Below, piece after piece: positions 59,038-64,000 of a DNA stretch of 64,000 nucleotides. The notes under the pieces are model-generated. The model ran no database searches, was not told the DNA's origin, and worked only from the letters and a program-made list of their open reading frames with translations. Numbering within the stretch: position 1 is the first letter of the stretch; every line of letters begins with the position of its first letter. The translations under genes were made by a program, and so were the position numbers. The stretch is from Candidatus Latescibacterota bacterium. GTDB lineage: Bacteria > Latescibacterota > UBA2968 > SICM01. Location of the stretch: assembly GCA_965217865.1 (NCBI GenBank), contig CBDCJO010000002.1, positions 3,360,001 through 3,424,000 on the forward strand, in the 5' to 3' direction.

Positions 59038-62004
59038 ATGAGAGATTGGAAAGTCCTAGCGCTTTGCCTCCTTATGGTTTTTTTGGGGTGCGACAAGAGC
59101 AAACCCGCTGCCCCGGAATTGCCTCGCCTGGACGACCTTGTCATCGTGGCGGGTAATAACCAGAGCGCCCTCCCCGGACAAGGCATCTCCGATTCTTTGA
59201 CCGTGCGCGCGGTGGACCAGAACAGAAGGCCTATTGCGGGGGTTACAGTGAATTTTCGCGTGACTTCAGGGGGGGGCAGCCTGTCCGACACAACCCTAAC
59301 CACGAACACAAGCGGTCTTGCGTGGACCCGTCTGACCCTTGGGCCTGTGCCTGGAACGAACATCGTTCAGGCGACTATAGACGGATTGTCGGGGCTTCAG
59401 CCCACCTTCACCGCTACGGCTGTGGGGCCAGCGGATCCTACGGGGGACGGCCCCTCGGTCACACCGGGCGGTCCCACAGCGTCCATCACCTCTCTGGACA
59501 TCGGTCCGGTCACACTCGGGGTGCGGGGTTCCTGTAACCAGGAGACTGCCACTATCACATTCGAGTTGAAAGACGCCGAGGGAAACCCGGCGGCCGACGG
59601 CGAGGCCGTGAGCTTTGATCTGGTTCCGGGGGGGTCGGCCTCTCTCTCGGCAACGAGCGCCACAACGGTTCAGGGACGGGTCTCCGTCACACTCACGAGC
59701 GACACCCTGGCCACGCCCGTCAAGATCACGGCCACCGCCAGGGGAATTATGGGATCCGTCTCCATCCCGATTCTCGGCGGGCCTCCGGACCCGGAGCACT
59801 TCAGCCTGGCTGCCGAAAAGCTCAATCTTCCAGGCGGCGTGATCGCGGGGCTTCAGGACCGAATCACGGCCTTCGTGTTTGACGGGTTTTCCAATCCTGT
59901 CCCCCCCGGCACTTCGATCCTTTTCAGCACCTCTTCGGGGGGCATCGAGGGGTCTGCCCAAACCGGTGAACAGGGGCGGGCTTCAGTCAACCTGATCACT
60001 GCCGCGCCCCTCCCGACGGACGGGTTTGCCATCGTCACGGCCCAAACCGTAGGCCGAGGGGACAGCCTGATCTCGGCCGAGATTCGGATCCTCTTCTCCG
60101 GCGCGACGCAACTGGAGGTTCAACCCGCTACGCTAACATCCGATACCCTTCAAACTCTGAGTTACACAGTGAGGGACCCGAACGGCAACCCTCTCTCCGA
60201 GGGAACCAGGATCCAGGTTTCCGCTCAGGATGGAAGTGTCCTGGGGGACGTGGATATAACCCTTTCGGATAACCAGGGTCAGGGGTCCGGGCTGACCGAT
60301 TTCACTTTTGTACTCCAGAGGTCCCCCGACGAACGGAGCGAGGTGACGATCGATGTGACCTCCCCCAATGGGGACATCAGACGTACCCTTGTGGTGGGCT
60401 CCGTTTCGGGGGGGGCCGGTCCGTCCTCTTTGATCCCCACAAGCCTGAACCTGACCGCTGAAGACGCATCCATACTTGCCGACGGGCTCACCACAACAGA
60501 GGTCACCGCCGTGCTCACCGATGTCGACGGAACGCCGATCCGAGGAAGAGGGGTGGACTTTGTCACCAGCGCGGGCCTGGTCGAGTCATCCGATGTGACC
60601 AACGCGGCCGGACAGGCAAGGGTTTCCCTGACCAGTGCGGCCAGCACTTCGGACCTCCAAGCCCTTGTCCAGGCCTTCTTCGCCGACACCCTCCGGGACA
60701 GTGTCTCTGTGGATATGGTGGGTCTCACGCTCTCGCTAACCGCCACTCCCGATACCATCGCCGCCGACGGAAACGCCCAATCGCGCATCATCGCGACCCT
60801 GGAGGAGACCGTTTTGGGAGCGTCGGTCCCGTTCGCCCCTGTGTCCTTCGAGACGACGGTCGGGACGCTCTCTGCGTCATCCGCCCTGACCGAGACGGAC
60901 GGCCGGGCCACCGTCATTCTCACCAGCCAGCCACAGTCGGGACGCGCGACCGTGACGGCCTCTTACGGACCGGGTTTGACCGACCGACGGCAGGTCGCCT
61001 TTGTCAAGGGACCGCCTGCGAGCATCGTGCTCGTATCGGTGGATCCCCCGGCCATCGGTGTAAAAGGCGCCGGTTCGAACGCCACGGCTTTCATCACGTT
61101 CGAAGTGCGAGATGCCCAGGGTACTCCCGTATCGGACGGAGAGCAGATCGCGTTCACCCTGGATCCCGCGGCCGGCGGGGAATCGGTCGATCCGGATTCG
61201 AGCGCCACGGTCGACGGTCGGGTCCGTATTGCCTTCAACAGCGGAACGATTGCCCGCACGGTGCGGGTGATAGCGACGTGGACCGGAGGCGCCATCTCCT
61301 CAACCCCGGTACCTGTGGCCATCCACGGGGGGCTTCCCTCCCAAGTCAACTTCAGCGTCGCCCCGGAACCCGTAAACCTGGCGGGACGGGTCCTGCTTGG
61401 TCTCGAAAGCACGATCACGGCTTTTGTGTTCGACCGCTTCTCAAACCCGGTGCCCGAAGGGACATCCGTCCGCTTCGGGACCGTTGGCGGGGGTATCGAG
61501 GGGGCTGCGGAGACGGACTCGGTCGGCCAGGCGAGTGTGTTGCTCTTCACGGCTGCACCGATTCCCACCCTGGCAGACAACTTCCTGGCCGTCGTCACAG
61601 CCCAGACGGTGAATGAAGACGGAAACGACATCCAGGCCACGACGACGGTCCTGTTTAGCGGCCCAACAGTCGCCCAGTTGACCGATTCCAGGTTCACAGA
61701 CTCAATCCCGGATACGATCTTCGACGGCGGATCGCTTATCGTCAACTACGCCGTGAGCGATACCAGCAATTTACCGATTATGGGCGGCAGCACCATATCG
61801 GTGACCAGCGATGTGGCACGGGTCGGCGGGCAAGGAGAGGTGATCATCCCCGATGCCCGGAGCGGAAACACCAGTTTCGCCGTAGCCCTCTCAGATCCGG
61901 AGCCGGGGGAGGATCCTGACCGAATCGATACAGGGGTTGTTGTGATCAGAATTGAATCCCTCAATGGGAATTTCCTGTTGTCTTTTTCAGTAACGGTGGA
62001 TTAG
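59038..62004 (+). CDS. 988-aa lipoprotein with multiple Big_1 (invasin/intimin-type) Ig-like domains
   Basis: Lipobox FLGC; repeated D..GNP..G..V.F and T...G.A.V.LT motifs; I.ADG; internal duplication. Confidence 0.85.
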   Translation: MRDWKVLALCLLMVFLGCDKSKPAAPELPRLDDLVIVAGNNQSALPGQGISDSLTVRAVDQNRRPIAGVTVNFRVTSGGGSLSDTTLTTNTSGLAWTRLTLGPVPGTNIVQATIDGLSGLQPTFTATAVGPADPTGDGPSVTPGGPTASITSLDIGPVTLGVRGSCNQETATITFELKDAEGNPAADGEAVSFDLVPGGSASLSATSATTVQGRVSVTLTSDTLATPVKITATARGIMGSVSIPILGGPPDPEHFSLAAEKLNLPGGVIAGLQDRITAFVFDGFSNPVPPGTSILFSTSSGGIEGSAQTGEQGRASVNLITAAPLPTDGFAIVTAQTVGRGDSLISAEIRILFSGATQLEVQPATLTSDTLQTLSYTVRDPNGNPLSEGTRIQVSAQDGSVLGDVDITLSDNQGQGSGLTDFTFVLQRSPDERSEVTIDVTSPNGDIRRTLVVGSVSGGAGPSSLIPTSLNLTAEDASILADGLTTTEVTAVLTDVDGTPIRGRGVDFVTSAGLVESSDVTNAAGQARVSLTSAASTSDLQALVQAFFADTLRDSVSVDMVGLTLSLTATPDTIAADGNAQSRIIATLEETVLGASVPFAPVSFETTVGTLSASSALTETDGRATVILTSQPQSGRATVTASYGPGLTDRRQVAFVKGPPASIVLVSVDPPAIGVKGAGSNATAFITFEVRDAQGTPVSDGEQIAFTLDPAAGGESVDPDSSATVDGRVRIAFNSGTIARTVRVIATWTGGAISSTPVPVAIHGGLPSQVNFSVAPEPVNLAGRVLLGLESTITAFVFDRFSNPVPEGTSVRFGTVGGGIEGAAETDSVGQASVLLFTAAPIPTLADNFLAVVTAQTVNEDGNDIQATTTVLFSGPTVAQLTDSRFTDSIPDTIFDGGSLIVNYAVSDTSNLPIMGGSTISVTSDVARVGGQGEVIIPDARSGNTSFAVALSDPEPGEDPDRIDTGVVVIRIESLNGNFLLSFSVTVD

Positions 62005-62141
62005 AAAAGCCGTGAAACGCTAATAAGCCGTGGATCGTGATTCGTGGATCGTGAATCGAAAAGAACAGGTACCGTGGGATGGGCATGAGTCCCTGATCCC
62101 CGACCCCTGACTTCTGACCTCTGAATCACCAACTCAGTTCC

Positions 62142-64000
62142 ATGAACCTTTTCAGACGAACTCCGAACTCCGCCATCGGCATCTCCGTGGACGGCCTGAC
62201 GGTCAAGGCCGCACATCTCCGCCGTGAGGGCGATCAGGTGGTCCTGGTCGATGTTAAGACTTCCAGGCTGAAGACCCGGTTCGACGTGGAAGGGGAAGCC
62301 GAGGGAGAGGCTGTTGAGCCTGCCGAGGAGGATGTCCTCGGATTGGCGCCGGTCCTGGATGTCCAGGAACCTGCGGCGGAACCGGAAATGCTTGAGGGTG
62401 GGGAAGGAGGAGAGGAGACCAATACCAGCGCTCTCTACGATCTCCTTACCGGTTTTCCGGTCGGTGAGAGCACGGTGGCAATCTGCCTGACAGAGACAAG
62501 CCTTGCCTTGCACGAGCTCCATGGGCTCGAAGAACTAAAAGGGAAACAACTCTGGAAATCGGTCATGGACCAGGTGTCGGCGGCAAAAGGGGGAATCTCT
62601 CCCACCGAAGATCAGATCGACTTCATCAGGACCGGGACGGGCGCCGTGGCGCTGGTTCACGAAGATCGTATGGAGCTCCTGGCCCTTTTGGACGACCTCC
62701 GTCCCTTCTTCGGCACAGTCCGGGTGGGTTTGATCGACGCGAATGAGATCTCCCTGATGAACCTGGTCCGCCGAACCGCACCGAATGACACCCAGGTGAC
62801 CGCGATCGTCTACATCGGAGAGGAGTTCAGCAGGGCCATCTTCATGCGCGGTTCCGATTACCTCGGCCTGACCCAGGTGATCAATGAAGGCGTGAATTCG
62901 TCTCAGGTATTGAACACACTGTTCAGCAGGATCCTGTTCGAGCAGGACACCTCCCATCTCCCGGAGATCGACCGCATTCTCCTGGCTGGTGGGGGGGGTG
63001 CGGTGGATGCAAAGCCCTTTTTCGAGGGACAATTTCCGGATGCCGAAGTGGATTATCTGATTCCATCCGGTGTGGATCTGAATCTGCTCGACGATCAGAA
63101 GAGAGAACAGGTTTCGGAATATGACATCCCTATCGGGCTGGCCTGGAAGGTGCTCGACCCCAAGACGGACCGGTTTTACGGCACGAATTTTCTTCCCAAG
63201 GAACGCAGGCGGCTTCAAAATCCATTTGAAATCGCATGGCACGGTTTGGTCCTGATTAGCCTGATCGCCGGAACCGTCCTGTACTTCGGCTTGAGATTAT
63301 TGGAGCAGGACCGATCCGTAGATGCCCTCAGGCATAGAATCAGCATGAAGGAGCAACAGATCCAGGAGAACAGTCGTTTCGTCAGTTTGGTCGACAGCCT
63401 TCAGGATCAGGTCTTCCGGTACAAGCAGAACCTGTCCGTCACGGACAGTCTGTCAAGCCGTTTTCGGGCATGGGCCCCGCTCCTGAACGATCTCAACGAA
63501 CAGACCCGGGATATCAACTCCTTTTGGATCACAGGATTATCCGAAGGGAAAGAGAGTTTGACCATCATCGGGCAATCGATCTACCGGGACCGTATTCCCG
63601 CGGTCGCCGGGATGATCGAAGGCGCCGAAGTGCGTACCATTACGCGGTCCCAGATTCGCAACAAGGGTCTCTATGAATTCGAGATGGAGGTGAAGTCCTT
63701 CAAACCTCTGTCCGATGTGGAGGGGGTGCCAGCCGTATCAACGGTCGATACGATCGATGCGGGAGAAGAGGGCGATGGACCGGCGACGATAGACCCTGAA
63801 CCGAAGGGGGGGTTCTCCGGGATACAGAACCTGGGAGAAAACCGAGATGGGAAATCGGTGATGGTCCATTCGGAGATCGTCCCGGACTCAAATCCAACGG
63901 ATCTTCATGAAAACGGGCAGGAGGACCGGTACGTCGTTCACGTGGGGATTTTTTCAGACGTGAAGGCCGCCGACCGCCGGGCGGTCCGGCTTTTCCAGAA
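62142..64000 (+). CDS. PilM-PilN fusion with start of a SPOR domain (partial, runs off the window)
   Basis: Manually translated, no stop codon to the edge: AIGISVDG.TVKAA, IVYIG, ILLAGGG, IPIGLA (PilM); TNFLP, TM, coiled coil, FWIT.L...LTIIG.S (PilN); YVVHVGIFSD (SPOR). Confidence 0.8.
   Translation, partial: MNLFRRTPNSAIGISVDGLTVKAAHLRREGDQVVLVDVKTSRLKTRFDVEGEAEGEAVEPAEEDVLGLAPVLDVQEPAAEPEMLEGGEGGEETNTSALYDLLTGFPVGESTVAICLTETSLALHELHGLEELKGKQLWKSVMDQVSAAKGGISPTEDQIDFIRTGTGAVALVHEDRMELLALLDDLRPFFGTVRVGLIDANEISLMNLVRRTAPNDTQVTAIVYIGEEFSRAIFMRGSDYLGLTQVINEGVNSSQVLNTLFSRILFEQDTSHLPEIDRILLAGGGGAVDAKPFFEGQFPDAEVDYLIPSGVDLNLLDDQKREQVSEYDIPIGLAWKVLDPKTDRFYGTNFLPKERRRLQNPFEIAWHGLVLISLIAGTVLYFGLRLLEQDRSVDALRHRISMKEQQIQENSRFVSLVDSLQDQVFRYKQNLSVTDSLSSRFRAWAPLLNDLNEQTRDINSFWITGLSEGKESLTIIGQSIYRDRIPAVAGMIEGAEVRTITRSQIRNKGLYEFEMEVKSFKPLSDVEGVPAVSTVDTIDAGEEGDGPATIDPEPKGGFSGIQNLGENRDGKSVMVHSEIVPDSNPTDLHENGQEDRYVVHVGIFSDVKAADRRAVRLFQ

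Noticed and set aside
62001-63897. Minus-strand ORFs at the right end
   Set aside because: Antisense to the continuous plus-strand PilM-PilN-SPOR frame.

Overview
About 64 kb of bacterial chromosome with mostly high GC. The gene content (DUF6785-type membrane protein, giant M28/FtsX protein, GHL10-like hydrolase, MG-QxQ pilins) suggests an uncultured FCB-group or Latescibacterota-like organism; this is inference only. Left to right: an accessory region (signal-peptide-bearing TldD/TldE-like pair, delta-9 desaturase, glycoside hydrolase-like and Asp-box proteins, a tyrosine-integrase remnant) next to tRNA-Leu(GAG); pfkA-gap-pgk-tpiA-secG on the minus strand; a sigma54-preceded cluster (receiver, methyltransferase, DegT aminotransferase, radical SAM, receiver, PHP/DUF362 chimera); a repeat-rich stretch with a broken folA; a split TRAP transporter whose parts flank a DUF6785-like gene, an IS256 remnant and a 1516-aa M28-like/FtsX protein; polA; a small catabolic operon; a GT2; a disrupted diheme cytochrome c; rnr, purF and a truncated glmS; UxaA; and a type IV filament locus running off the right edge. 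The filament locus is the most unusual part. Its pilins lack a canonical class III leader and Glu5, it sits behind a sigma54 promoter with helically phased CRP-like boxes, it has an orphan 13-nt anti-16S element, an embedded cNMP-binding protein, an Ig-like lipoprotein, and a PilM-PilN-SPOR fusion absent from the ORF track. Many genes carry frameshifts or abrupt junctions, so assembly error cannot be excluded. All family assignments come from motif recognition by eye, not from database searches.
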